A stretch of 64,000 nt of DNA, taken from Eledone cirrhosa. Its lineage: Eukaryota. A model generated the notes under the pieces. That model was given only the letters and a program-made list of their open reading frames with translations. It ran no database searches and was not told the DNA's origin. This document shows, piece by piece, positions 38,625 to 52,743 of this stretch (position 1 is the first letter of the stretch; every line of letters starts with the position of its first letter). The stretch is taken from NCBI GenBank assembly GCA_964016885.1, contig OZ024750.1:38502001-38566000 (forward strand), given 5' to 3'. The position numbers and the translations under genes were made by a program.

Positions 38625-40179
38625 GTCCCCTCATCCAATGATCTCAAATTAAAACCTATAATAACAGGCCCCGCTTGCGAAACCCACCGCCTTAGCAGCT
38701 TCATTGATACTCTTCTCAAGCCTTTTCTCAAACACATCAAAAGCTATATAAGGGACGACATAGATATGCTCAATCACCTCCCTAATATTCCCCTTTCTGA
38801 ACAAACCCTACCAGTGACGTTCGATGTAGTCAACCTATACTCCGACATCCCCCACAACGGATAATTACCACAATGAACTCCCACAACGTATCAAAAAAGA
38901 ATTCGTGATAGAGGGACTCAAATTTATCCTGGAGAACAATTACTTCGTTTTCAATAACAAATCCTACAGGCAGAAATCTGGGACCGCTATGGGAACGAAA
39001 ACAGTCCCCACTTATGCCAACCTAGTCAAGGAATACCTGGAAATCACCCTCTACATTAAAGTACTAAACAAATTTGGAAACACTCTCCACTTACACATAG
39101 AAAGGAACTGGAAGCGATATCTAGATGACTGCTTCATCCTTTGGCCCGAAAACATCGAGAAACTTAAAGAATTTCACACCCTTATAAATGGGCTCAACAC
39201 GAATATTAACTTTACGATGGAATACAGCCATCAACAACTCCCTTTCCTCGACATCCTCATTAACATTCATAACAAAAAAATAGAAACAGACATATACTAC
39301 AAGCCCACAGACTTTAAGCAATATCTTCCTTTCAACTCTTGCCACCCTAGACACGTTAAAATTAATATTCCCTACAACTTAGCCAAGAGAATCTGTACTA
39401 TAATCTCCAATAAAAACACCTGTTACTTACGGCTACAAGAAATAAAGGACACACTCATAGGCAGGGACTACCCTGCATCACTAATTGACAATGGAATCCA
39501 ACGTGCCCTAAAACTCAGTACCCAGGACCTTAGACACCCTAAAGTAAATCAACCGAAACTAAAAGCTCTTCCAAACATCTCCACACACAACCCCCTCAAC
39601 AATGAAGCCTTTGACACCATCCTCCAGAACATCCCTGTGTTAAAAAAGGACCATAGAATGAACCAAATCCTACGAACACACGCTATCATAAAGAGCAAAA
39701 GACAATCTAAGTCAATTAAAAACATCCTAACACATGCCAAAGTACTGCCAACCACAACAACGAAACCCACAGTAAAAAAATGCGATAGACCCAACTGTGG
39801 CATATGCATCAACCTAATAGAGGGTTCGGAATTCTATTTCAAAGAAGGACAACGTTTTATAGTAAAACACAATTTCACCTGCGCATCAGAAAATGTAATA
39901 TATGTATTAACTTGCTCAGGTTGTCGAGAACAATACATAGGCCAGACCAAAAGCAGCCTCCGCCAACGCATGACTGTCCATAGATCCCAAATTAAAATAC
40001 GGGAATACAGGAAAATACCACTGAGTGAACACATTGATACCTGTGCCGCCCAAAATCATCCCAACTTCAGAATCTTTCCCCTCTACAAATTTAAAGATAA
40101 TGCCACCCACACCCAGCGCATCAGCAAGGAATCTCACTTTATTAACAAATACGGACCCCGTCTAAACACTTCTCCCTAA
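38625..40179 (+). mobile_element. Penelope-like retroelement (RT + GIY-YIG endonuclease; Neptune-like), 5'-truncated and disrupted near 38860-38900
   Basis: Upstream frame has PIITGPACETHRLS..TFDVVNLYSDIPH. ORF 38905-40179 has QKSGTAMG, WKRYLDD, LPFLD, a Cys-rich linker CDRPNCGIC, and NVIYVLTCSGC..YIGQT..LRQR. Confidence 0.92.
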
Positions 40180-40682
40180 GACGAACCCACAACATACACA
40201 CGTCAACATACATACCTACATCAGCATACATCCTACATACATCTCTATCCACATATAAACACAATGACATACGTAAACACACGTTCTATGGTGCAACACA
40301 AATATACACAAATTTGCATACCTTTTGATGTCTATAGATATAAACGTGCCGACACACACACATACATATGCGCACACATGCATTGTACACAAGTATTCCA
40401 ATACGGCAGGGCCTAATGGATTCCCCTTGCAGTACGTACAATCTGGACACTCACACACACCTTGGTGTTATGACAATACTATATATCATTTCACACCTTT
40501 TATTATTAAGGTTTTTGATGTTCTATTGAGAGAATCGTTTTTACTGAAAATATCGAATAATGTACACCATTTTTACCAGTATCACAAAAATACTGGTCCA
40601 CCCATACACACACACATACACATACACACATATACACACACACACACATATATATACACACGCGTACACTAACATAAAAAGA

Positions 40683-40791
<109 letters not shown>

Positions 40792-40899
40792 CTCCGTATA
40801 AGACAAGAGCTGAAAAATATCTTTTAACATGTTAAAATAACCCCCACACACGTACAGACACATTCCTACTGACCAATCCCTCCACCACGAATTACTCTG

Positions 40900-40949
<50 letters not shown>

Positions 40950-41052
40950 ATCTTAATAGGCACCTGAACTGTTGACCTGTCAACATGACTGCAATTCACA
41001 CACACATCCCTACTGACCATTATCACAACAATGAACCTCTTTACTACTACTA

Positions 41053-41108
<56 letters not shown>

Positions 41109-41551
41109 TTGTCTTAAAAGAGTTATTTTTCAGTGACTTCTCAATCAGCCGAGACAAACCTACATTTGGCACAAAATCGATTTTTAACATTCACATGACC
41201 TCTACCGACCAATCAAAATTGTTTTGACCACAAGAATTTTTGCAACACGAATTGGCGCGAAACTTATTTTAATACATCTGGAGCCACTTTTTTCACATAA
41301 AACAGGTAGAATTTCCAAAACTAATCAGATTAGAGCAAACATCACGGGCGCTCTATCTCAAAATTATTTTTGAAAAGCATTAGAAATGCGCAACCGGTAA
41401 AAACTTAAAACCTAAACTGAATACTAACCAATACTTATTACTAATTTTTACTTATTCCTAATTAAACTATTTTTCGCTGGAAACAATTTGTCAGCATTTT
41501 CTTTTCCTTTTACCAATATATCATAATTCGTGTGTTACACCTCTATTCTTT

Positions 41552-41629
<78 letters not shown>

Positions 41630-41824
41630 TTTTCAATTCAAGCACTCTACTTACTTTTTCCACATTAGAATGACGGAGTATAATTAGAATAAGAAAAATG
41701 TAAAATCCCTTATTTTCCTGAACAACCTGCATTTCGCTCAGAGGCCTGAAACCGAAATCCCCTCTCACTTCATCCGATAACGGGTGGACAATGAATTTTA
41801 TGCGCGCTTTACATGGACAACATT

Positions 41825-42005
41825 TACCAATATTCTCACAACATTTGATCTAGGACCTCAAGGATAGGAACCTGAAATACCAGATCAAATGGTCCGCAAG
41901 GAGACGTGTGGCCCAACATTCCACTGGAGGAAGCCACTGCAGGTTGTGCCTGACAGAATCGGCAGAGATTAAATTAAAATCGGCTATTAATTTGAGATCC
42001 GAAAT
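41825..42005 (+). mobile_element. Remnant of a second Penelope-like endonuclease C-terminus
   Basis: Translates approximately DLKDRNLKYQIKWS...STGGSHCRLCLTE, resembling PLE GIY-YIG C-termini. Confidence 0.5.
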
Positions 42006-42832
42006 CCTCATAAACTTGATAATTGAATTCAGAGGTCAGAGAGCCGGAACTCACTCAGGCATTTTGAAGTCTTAACTGCTTTTAGTTCAATTAGTTTCTG
42101 ATAGTGGTTATAGAGTTGGATTCATAATCGTGAGGTGGTGAGTTCAACCAGTAGTTGGGGAGCCACTCAAGACACCTTTGCAGTTAGTTGTCGTCATTAG
42201 TCTTCATCCTCCGTCATGTGTAAGCTATAAAAAGAAAGGTTTGAACACTTTAATGATTAAAAGTCACCAGTCGAGTTTTTTTAGGTCGTCAGATAACTAC
42301 TGGATTATTTCAAACATTCTTTATTGTAAACTGATATTTTATCCTGCGTTTATGTTACCTTAACTCATGCATGATCACATATATTCTGTATGTGTTGAGA
42401 ACGAACAATGCGTTACATATTTTGATGGTCAACCAAGCGAATGCTGCAATATAAAAACTGGTGTTCCCGTTCTATATCTAACTTTAAACCTTCTCATTAC
42501 ACTTCTTACGTACGAAACAACATGCTAGAAGTGAGATTTTAATTTTTTTTTTCAGCCATCAGCAATCTGTCTATGTTTTACAGTCAGAGCAGATTTACAC
42601 ATGTTTGTAAGTACACAGTTACAACACTTGTATACAACTTTGTTAGTATTCCATATAAGCCTCTCCAACTGATTTCCCCTCTGTTGTGTGGTCTGCCATC
42701 ATTAACCTGTTGACCGCTGCGTATATTTTACACAGCTACAGTTGCTGTGTCGGTATTTTTGTTGTTTTTTCCAGTAAAATGACTATTTTTGATTGACAAA
42801 TGTCACATCAATAAACTAGTAACCCCATCTAG

Positions 42833-43005
42833 CTTTGAAGTTACGAACTGTTGGAAACGAGTTCATAACTTTCAAGTTATGAACTGTTGGAAACAAGTTC
42901 ACAACTTTCAAGTTATGAACTGTTGGAAACGAGTTCGAAACTTTGAAGTTATGAACTGTTGGAAACAAGTCACAACTTTGAATTTATGAACTGTTGGAAA
43001 GGAGT
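42833..43005. repeat. 36-bp tandem repeat, about 5 copies
   Basis: tttgaagttatgaactgttggaaacgagttcacaac. Confidence 0.85.
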
Positions 43006-43244
43006 TCAAACATGTTAGGACGAATTATCTCGTCTGTGGCACTGAAGAGGTTAAATATTCCACTTGCCAATTACAAACAGGGACAGATTGGGGGAGGGGG
43101 AAATGACTGAGTTCTAATCAGGGGTCTCACAATATTAAAAGGGCTCTAAATTAATTAATTATTATTACTACTATTCCTCTTCGGCCAAGCCCTGATCAAC
43201 TTTTTCAGGTTTTCGCATTGACCATTGTCACACACATGGACAGA

Positions 43245-43475
43245 CCAATATTCCATTCTAATATCTTCTGAGAAAATAGACACTGTATACACTAAGTTCT
43301 CTAATTCTTTCTTATTCTTCTGATACAGCTTTAAGTCATCCATAAATAATAAATGATTCAGCTTTCCTTTTCCATTTCCAAAGTCATATCCTAGCTTTGT
43401 TTTCTGCAAAATATCACTTAGAGGGATTATCGCCAGGAGAGACAGAAGAGACGACAAACTATCGCAGAAATATTC
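43245..43475 (-). mobile_element. R4/Dong-like LINE RT fragment
   Basis: DSLSSLL..IIPLS..LNHLLFMDDLKLY corresponds to RT motifs B and C. Confidence 0.75.
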
Positions 43476-44124
43476 TTCGTCTAATTCGTACATTAGATAA
43501 TTGTTTCTACTTTAGGCACAAGGCCAGCAATTACCCAGTGCATTACTGGTACTTTATTTTATCGACCCCGTAAGGATGAAAGGCAAAGTCAACCTCGGCG
43601 GGATTTGAACTCAGATCGTAAAGGGACGTAACTATGCTGGAAAGCATGGCGTCCGACCCTCTACCGATACTGACAATCCACTTTTGGCACAAGGCCAGCA
43701 ATTATCCCAGTGAATTACTGGTACTTTATTTTATAGACCCCGTAAGGATGAAAGACAAAGTTAACCTCGGCGGTATATTTCAGCTGTGCCCCGTTGACAA
43801 AATGACGAAGGCACTGCCGCAGAGAGTGGCCAGCGACGCCCACTCCAACAGCCATCCCACCTCACGGGGTTCCTTTCTCAGGCGGGATACAGCGGGCTGC
43901 ATCTTCTAATCTCTAAACAAGTGTGAGTGTTAAAGATGCGTTTGTATTTTTAAGAAAGCTCCAAATCATATTAAACTGTTACGTGTTGTTGTTCTGACTT
44001 GTAACGCAGCCGTTCTAGATGTGTTCAACAAACGCTTTACTTGTGAAAATCTTCAAATTATTTTGAACTAAGGCTGATGCCCTAACCGCTTTACATATGT
44101 ATTCGTTCTAAAAAGATCTTTCCC

Positions 44125-44299
44125 ATGATTGGTGGCATTAGGAATCGGGCTTCTATAAAGAAGCATCTGAAACATCAACCCAAGCATGTTGACATGATGA
44201 AACCCGATTCAAAACGGAAAGAAAAAGACCGACCAAACACTTGTACGACCAACAAAGAAGTACTGTTAGACCACCACTATATGGTCATAAAAACCCTAG
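44125..44299 (+). CDS. Probable TSSK-like kinase gene C, exon 1 (exons 2-3 beyond the window or absent)
   Basis: Ends ...EVLLDHHYMVIKTLG with a G|gtaagc phase-1 donor at the same position as gene B exon 1 (LLKRDYIVTRSLG). Confidence 0.65.
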
Positions 44300-45010
44300 G
44301 TAAGCAACTGGTTAACACCAATAAGGAAATTTCCCTAATTTCAAAGTTTTAATCATATACGTTCTCACACATACACATATACACACATATACACACACAT
44401 ACACACATACTTCACACACATACATACTTCACACACATACACACTTACACACACTTCACACGCATACACACACATACACACATACACACACATACACACG
44501 CTTCACACACATACACACACTTCCATACACACACTTCACACACATACACACACATACACACACATACACACACTTCACACAGATACACATGCACACGCAT
44601 ACACACACTTCACACACACACACACACATACACACACTTCACACACATACACATACTTCACACACATACTCTTTATAATACATTCGCACGAACACACCCC
44701 ACCACATACTTATGTACACTCGATTTGCTAGAAATAGAACCAAATCACCCTCAAATCCCTCATTACTATCTTTAAAAAAAAAAAAAGAAGGGAATTTTGA
44801 ATACTCTATTTCAGAAAACAGATCAGGGTGGTCAGGGCGGGAATGGATTTCTATATTGGTCTGTTCAATCATATGGACCTCACAAACTTTCTTTCGTTCT
44901 CTTCTCTCACTCTCACTCTCTCTTTCTCTCTCTCAATATCTCTCTCTTTATCTCTCAATCTCTTTACCTATCTCTCTCTCTCTCTATCTATCTTTCTATC
45001 TATCTATCTA

Positions 45011-45988
45011 TCCGGCCAACAACTGATTCTTTTTTTCAAATACCACTTTGGAAGAAGAATCAGGATGGCGAGAGAGGTGCCGTACCCCAGCAAGTTTTAT
45101 GAAAGATGGGTGAAAGTGGCGAGAATGGCCCGAGTGAAAGGGCCTTCTCTCTATATCAGCCTGTAGGTTGAGGAAAAAGAGGAAGAGAAGAAAGGGGTAC
45201 AAACTCTTCGTACTCCTGGAGATGAGGGTGGCACATTTTTTCGGGTGTATGTGTTACCCATATGTAATGTCTCCCCCTATTCGGGAAAATCGATTGATTT
45301 TTAAATTGCATTTGTGATAGTATTTTACACGTTTTTATTGTATGTAAACTTCCCCCTTTGTATTTGTCCCCTTCTTTTGTGCCCCTGTGGCTAATAAAGA
45401 AACATATCTATCGCTCTACCTATCTATCTATCTATCTACCTAAACCCATTTGTGGCGCCTCCCCCCTATTGGGGATTTCGATTGTTGAAATTGTTTGTTT
45501 TTATATTTTTTACACGACTGTATGTAAAATCCCCGGCATGTCTTTGTATTGTCCCCTTTCTTGTTGCGCCCTTGTGGCTAATAAAGAAATCTATCTACCT
45601 ATCTCTCTATCTATCTATCTATCTCTCTATCTATCTATCTATCAAGAATCAGAGTGGAGAGAGAGGTGCTGCACCCCAGCAAATTTTACGAAAGGTGGGT
45701 GAATGTGGCAAGGATGGCCCGAGTGGTTGGGCCTTCTCTTTATATAAGCCTGTAGGTCGAGGAAGAAGAGGAAGAAAGGAGAGGAGTGCTCGCTCTTCGT
45801 GCTCCTGGAGATGAGGGTTGTACATTTTTGGGGGGGTGTATGCAACCCATTTGTAACGCCTCCCCACTATTGGGGATTTCGTTTGTTTTATTCATTATTT
45901 TTGTTATACATTTTTACACGCCTTGCATGTAAACTTCCCAATTGTATTTGTCCCCTTCTTTTGCGCCCTTTTGGCTAATAAAGAAATA

Positions 45989-46023
<35 letters not shown>

Positions 46024-47580
46024 ACTAAAGGAATACGAAAGTCTCACAGGAGCGAAGCTGAACCGGGACAAGTCCATCGGTTTGCAACTCGGATCGTGGA
46101 GAGGCAGACCGATGCCTTCCGATGGCGTCGTCGGACGCTGGACGGAAGGACCGGTAAAGCTGCTCGGGGTCTGGTTTGGTCCGGACCTCCAGGTGGAAAA
46201 GAACTGGAACGAAGTGACGGCCAAGGTGTTTGCACTCACCCAGAAGTGGGCCGAGTGCAAACTATCCTTGAAAGGTCGAGCGGAGGTGGCGAACACTTTT
46301 ATAGCGTCCGCCATCTACTACCGCTTGACCGTCGTGCCTTGTCCAGCCAAAACGCTCGCCAAAATGGAGCGCGCCCTCTTCCGATTCCTTTGGAAGAGGC
46401 GGGCTCCTTTGGTAAGAAGATCCATCTGCTGCCAACACCCTTCTAACGGAGGGCTGGGGATGCCGTGGTTGACGATGCGCAAACACGCGCTCAGGCTGCG
46501 GCATCTCTACGTATTCCTCACCGGACAACCGGTGTGGGCCCCGTTCGTGAGGCGAGCCTTCCCACGACTCGTCTCGCTGACCGAGCTGCAGTCCTGGGTC
46601 AAGCAGAGACCGAGGAAAATGGGCGACTGGCACATCGAATGTGCTCAGGCGCTCACAGCCCTCTGGCAGGCGGACCCGGCGATCAGTGGAGACTCCACTT
46701 CGTCATTCTATAGAGGGTTGGTCCGCAGCAAGTGCGACGACGCGCTCGGTGAAACTCTAGGCGTGGAGGAAGATGAACTGGCCAGTCTGTTCGGTAGGAC
46801 CTTCCGCCCGGGACCGATGGACAACTTCCAAAAGTCCCTGGCCTGGCAGTGCTACCGAGGAGCTCTACCAGTTCGAGACAAGCTCTACAGACATGGGCGC
46901 CCGGGCAGGGACCCTGCAAAAAAGATCTGTCCGAGGTGCGTGCGAGACGAAGAAACCGTCGCGCACGCATTTATACACTGCCCGGGCGTCACTGACCTGT
47001 GGGGCTATGTAGAACGACTATTGTCGCGGGTGGGACCAATCCAGTTGACCACCGAGTCCATTGTCATGATCAAACCGCCACCCTCCTTCAAAAACGAAGG
47101 AGAGGCGGTTTTCCTTTGTGTGATAGCTATGGCGAAAGAGGTTGTATGGTGGACAAGGTTGAAAGGGCTGAGGTCAGACACCTTTCTCTCCGGCCAACAA
47201 CTGATTCTTTTTTTCAAATACCACTTTGGAAGAAGAATCAGGATGGAGAGAGAGGTGCTGTACCCCAGCAAGTTTTATGAAAGGTGGGTGAAAGTGGCGA
47301 GAATGGCCCGAGTGAATGGGCCTTCTCTCTATATCAGCCTGTAGGTTGAGGAAAAGGAGGAGGAGAGGAAAGGAGTACAAGCTCTTCGTACTCCTGGAGA
47401 TGAGGGTTGCACATTTTTTTCGGGGGTCTGTGTTACCCATATAAACTGTCTCCCTCTATTGGGGAAAATCGACTAACTTTTAAATTCCATCTGTGATAAC
47501 ATTTTACACGTTTTTATTGTATGTAAACTTCCCCCTTTGTATTTGTCCCCTTCTTTTGTGCCCCTGTGGCTAATAAAGAA
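45011..47580 (+). mobile_element. Four tandem 5'-truncated copies of a Tx1/L1-clade LINE, each bounded by (TCTA)n
   Basis: ORF from ~46022-47344 (GAKLNRDKS..VKLLGVWF..LSLKGR..GGLGMP..CPRC..ETVAHAFIHC). Copies at ~45011-45402, 45444-45589, 45644-45985 and 46022-47580 all end ggctaataaagaaa-(TCTA)n. Confidence 0.88.
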
Positions 47581-47583
47581 ATA

Positions 47584-47633
<50 letters not shown>

Positions 47634-47995
47634 GCTATCTATATAACTATCTCAGCATCCCCTCATTGTCAACGATATTTTCTGGCCTTCTTTTTTATCT
47701 TGTTGATGTTAATGTTACCATTTTCCATGTATTCCAATGTTGGACAATGAATCATTAAATGAACCAACAATTGAATCTACGAAGCTGATTCCGTCTCAGT
47801 CCCTCTTGTTGCGTTCTTTTATTTCTTCCAGTTATGTTTTCTTCTATTTGATCATGTCGTATCTGCTCCACCGCAATTCCCTCCAGGTCTTCAGCCTCGT
47901 TCCCTTTTTGGTTGGATGACGTCTCCAATGATGTTTCTTTCTTAGTTGCACCTCTTCAACGTAGACATTCCGTAAGATCCGAGTACAGAGGCTGT

Positions 47996-48030
<35 letters not shown>

Positions 48031-48500
48031 AATTTAACGTCCATCTTCCACGCTAGCATGGGTTAGACAGTTTTGTTCCATTGATGCGGGAATGGTCGGG
48101 GAACCGTGTCTCGCTCGTACGGAAGTGTTTCTACGGCTGGATGCCCTTCCTAACACCCACCACATTTACAGTGTGGACTGGGAGCCTTTTCACCGTGTCT
48201 CCTACACGGCCACCTTACAGTGTGGACTGTTGTGTCATCGACACAGTGGACGGAACGGGAAAGGGAGGATGGGTGGGGGTGGGGTGTACATTGGCTTAAG
48301 AGGTGCCTACTGACTGTAGGTTTGTATGCAAGGGGAGGCGGGTCTTCTGTACAGCTGCATGGCGCCAAAGGTCTCGATCCAGTGACATTGTCTTAGAGAA
48401 GTGTAAGTGAGCAAGGTCAATTTTTATCACCTCGTCCCAGGTTTTTCTTGGTCTACCCACTCCGTAGCTTCCATTAAATTTTCATTGCCCTGCACTTTTT
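47996..48500 (-). mobile_element. RTE LINE 3' fragment (family of 3524-4900)
   Basis: (CAT)n tail, then tttaacgtccatcttccacgctagcatggg and a shared 3'UTR. Confidence 0.75.
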
Positions 48501-48852
48501 TATATATTTCTTATATATGTTAGTATATTGAAATAGTTTACAAGCCTCTTTTGCCCACAGCATTTAACAGCTGAAGTAGAAACTGCTGAGCTGCACAATC
48601 CCCACTCCGTCTCAACGTCCTCAGGGAGTTCTATGAATTTGGATGCAATAGTCTCTACATACCTGGTCCTGACTTCCTTATCCACCAATGTTTATCCACC
48701 ACTTTATCCTGTAGGTCCTCCTGGACCTGCCAGTTATGAGCTTCTTTGGCTTTAGGTAGTCTCAAGCTGCAGATAACTAGATGGTGATCAGCTAACAGCT
48801 CAGCCCTCCTCTTAACACAAACATCCAGCACAGAATCAGAGATCAGAGACAA

Positions 48853-50903
48853 TCATCATCACCATCATCATTTTACGTCCGCTTTTCCCTGCTTGCAAGG
48901 GTGGGACAGGTCATATTCAGCACAGCATCTCTCCACTTGTCACGGTCCTTCGTCATCTCCTCCGTGAGTTTTAGCGACCTGTGGTCTGCTCTCACCACCT
49001 CCGCCCATATTTTTCGTGGTCTTCCTCTACTGCGTCTTCCTTCTACTGGGATTTCTTGGCACTTCTTTACCCAGCGGTCATCCTCCATGCGCATCACATG
49101 TCCATACCAACGCAATCTTCTCTCCCGCACACTACAACTTATCTCGCTTATACACAGTTTCTCTCTCAACTCGACTATGCTTGGTCGTTCATGTACATTA
49201 ACATTGCACATCCAACGGAGCATGCTTGCTTCATTTCTCTCCAGTCGTCGCATATCCTCTGCAGTTGCTGCCCATGTCTCACTACCATGCAGCATCGCGC
49301 ATCTCACACAGGCATCATATAACCGGCCTTCCGTTCGTAGGGAGAAACCCTTCTTTGTCAACAGAGGAAGCAGCTCCCTAAACTTCTTCCAACCCATCCT
49401 TATTCTAGATACTATGGCCTCTGAGCACCCTCCTCGCTTGCTAATCTGATCACCTAGGTACCGGAAGCTATCAACCACCGCTATAGATCCTGCCTGCATT
49501 TGAAAAATGTGTCTATCACTACGACTTCTACTGTCAAATTTCCCTGTACATCTACAGCATACATATTTCTCCCTACCTGTTAGTTTGCCTGCTATCCCAC
49601 TACATCTCTTGCGTACCCAAGATCTGCATTGTGTACATTTTATAGAATTTATGCCAATTCCTTTTCTACATATCGAACATGGCTATTTCCCTGGTGGAAT
49701 CAGTTTTGTCCTCTTTTACACTTTAATCTTAGCTAGGTTCACTCTCAGTTCTCTTGATTCCAACTGCTGTTTTCATAGCCAGAATTTATTCACTAGCTCC
49801 TCTATTGGTTCTGCTATAAGTACCAGATCGTCAGCACAGAGAAGTTCCCATGTGCAGCCAGTCTTAAACTCCTCTGTTATGGCTTGGAGAACTATAATGA
49901 ACAAGAGTGGGCTGAAGACCGAACCATGATGTACTCCTACTTGTATCTGGAATTCCTCACTAAACTCCATTCCTACTCTCACTTTACTGACAGCACCCCT
50001 GTACATAGCTTGCACTGTCCTCACAAGCCATTCCTCTACACCTAGTTTCCTTAGGGACCACCAGATGACAGATCGAGGTAACCTATCAAAGGCCTTCTCT
50101 AGGTCAACAAAAGCTAAGTATAGTGGCTTATTCTTCTCTAAGAACCTCTCTTCTAATTGTCTCACCAAGAAGAGGGAATCTGTTGTACTTTTTCCAGGCA
50201 CAAAACCAAACTGCATCTCATCTAATTTGACCCTTTCTCTAATTAGTTGCGCTAGTATTCTTTCTGCCACTTTCATAACCTGATCCATCAGTTTTATGCT
50301 CCTATAATTGCTCCTCTCCAGAGCACCCCCTTTACTTTTGTAGCAATTTATGAGAATACTGCTGCACCAGTCTTTGGGTATGATTCCGCCATATATAGCT
50401 AGGTTGACGATGCGTGCAACCAGTTTCGTTCTTACTTCTCCTGATGCCTTCAGCATCTCAGCAACTATCCCCGACGGTCCAGCGGCCTTACCACTTTTCA
50501 TTTCCTTAATCGCCTCTTTGGCCCTACAGCCGTCAATCTCAATAGCTGGTCTCTCTGTCGGGTCTACTGGGGGTAGTTTCTCTCTCTCCCATTCGTTCTC
50601 AATATCAATCAGTCTCTCATAATGACATTTCCAGGCCTTTTTTTTCTGAGCATCAGTGACACTAAGTGCACTAGCATCATTTCGGACAAACTTATTTCCA
50701 ACAACATCCTGATTTGCACTGACACACTGCCTTACAATGCAGAACAGCGCACATCTCTGATCTTCGCGTCGCAAAACATTGGCACACCCCGGCTCAGACT
50801 CCCTGCGTGGTAAGTACACCTGACCTCTAGCTTCTCTTTTAGCGGCTGAATATCGGTCTCTACTCCCACCATTTTTCCAAGCATTCTATGCTTGTCTTTT
50901 GTC
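48853..50903 (-). mobile_element. RTE-clade LINE RT region with stops and frameshifts
   Basis: GKAAGPSG, NYRSIKL, QFGFVPGKST, FVDLEKAFD, LCADDLVL, MLHGSETW, RLRWYGHV. Confidence 0.92.
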
Positions 50904-51114
50904 TATAAATATGAATATTGAATGTTTAAACAAATCTTTTTAAATTAAAGTCCAATATTAAATTTATGTATAATATAATTTTAAACAAGTTAATTATTTC
51001 TTTGCGGCCCAGTAGCAAATTATCCACGGACTGGTACCGGTCCATGGCCCGGTGGATGGGGATCGCTGTCCTAGGTAACAAAGTGTTTCCACAACTTCCA
51101 TCTTTATACAATTC

Positions 51115-52690
51115 CCAACATCCTCTCCATCTCCAGCTCTCCCCCATCTACAACTCTCCTCCATCTCCAGCTCTCCTCCATCTCCAGCTCTCCTCCATCT
51201 CCAGCTCCCCTCCATCTCCAGCTCGCCTCCATCTACAACTCTCCTCCATCTCCAACTCTCCTCCATCTCCAACTCTCCCCCATCTCCAGCTCTCCCCCAT
51301 CTCCAACTCTCCCCCATCTCCAACTCTCCCACATCTACAACTCTCCTCCATCTCCAGCTCCCCTCCATCTCCAGCTCTCCTCCATCTCCAGCTCTCCTCC
51401 ATCTCCAACTCTCCTCCATCTCCAACTCTCCTCCATCTCCAACTCTCCCCCATCTCCAGCTCTCCCCCATCTACAACTCTCCTCCATCTCCAACTCTCCT
51501 CCATCTCCAGCTCTCCTCCATCTCCAACTCTCCCCCATCTCCAGCTCTCCCCCACCTCCAACTCTCCCCCATCTCCAACTGTCCCCCATCTCCAACTCCC
51601 CTCCATCTCCAGCTCACCTCCATCTCCAGCTCCCCTCCATCTCCAGCTCCCCTCCATGTCCAGCTCTCCCCCATCTACAACTCTCCTCCATCTCCAACTC
51701 TCCTCCATCTCCAACTCTCCCCCATCTCCAGCTCTCCCCCATCTACAACTCTCCTCCATCTCCAACTCTCCTCCATCTCCAGCTCTCCTCCATCTCCAAC
51801 TCTCCCCCATCTCCAGCTCTCCCCCACCTCCAACTCTCCCCCATCTCCAACTGTCCCCCATCTCCAACTCCCCTCCATCTCCAGCTCACCTCCATCTCCA
51901 GCTCCCCTCCATCTCCAGCTCCCCTCCATGTCCAGCTCTCCCCCATCTACAACTCTCCTCCATCTCCAACTCTCCCCCATCTCCAGCTCCTCCTCCATCT
52001 CCAGCTCTCCTCCATCTCCAACTCTCCCCCATCTCCAGCTCCTCCTCCATCTCCAGCTCTCCTCCACCTCCACCTCTCCTCCATCTCCAGCTCCCCTCCA
52101 TCTCCAACTCTCCTCCATCTCCAACTCTCCTCCATCTCCAACTCTCCCCCATCTCCAGCTCTCCCCCATCTCCAACTCTCCCCCATCTCCAACTCTCCCC
52201 CATCTACAACTCTCCTCCATCTCCAGCTCTCCTCCATCTCCAGCTCCCCTCCATCTCCAGCTCTCCTCCATCTCCAGCTCCCCTCCATCTCCAGCTCTCC
52301 TCCATCTCCAGCTCTCCTCCATCTCCAACTCTCCTACATCTCCAACTCTCCTCCATCTCCAACTCTCCCCCATCTCCAGCTCTCCCCCATCTACAACTCT
52401 CCTCCATCTCCAACTCTCCTCCATCTCCAGCTCTCCTCCATCTCCAACTCTCCCCCATCTCCAGCTCTCCCCCACCTCCAACTCTCCCCCATCTCCAACT
52501 GTCCCCCATCTCCAACTCTCCTCCATCTCCAGCTCTCCTCCATCTCCAGCTACTCCATCTCCAGCTCACCTCCATTTCCAGCTCTCCTCCATTTCCAGCT
52601 CTCCTCCATCTCCAGCTCTCCTCCATCTCCAGCTCTCCTCCATTTCTATCTCTCCCCCATCTCCAGCTCTCCTCCATCTCCAGCTACTCC
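51115..52690. repeat. 17-bp pyrimidine-rich minisatellite (ccatctccagctctcct)
   Basis: Direct reading. Confidence 0.93.
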
Positions 52691-52743
52691 ATACACTCAT
52701 TACACTTAAAGGAAGCTGTCACATCATTTACGATGTTCCCAAC

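Noticed and set aside
45923-46021. N-terminus of the 473-aa ORF
   Set aside because: Read-through of an upstream copy's 3'UTR and (TCTA)n; the element is 5'-truncated at ~46022.
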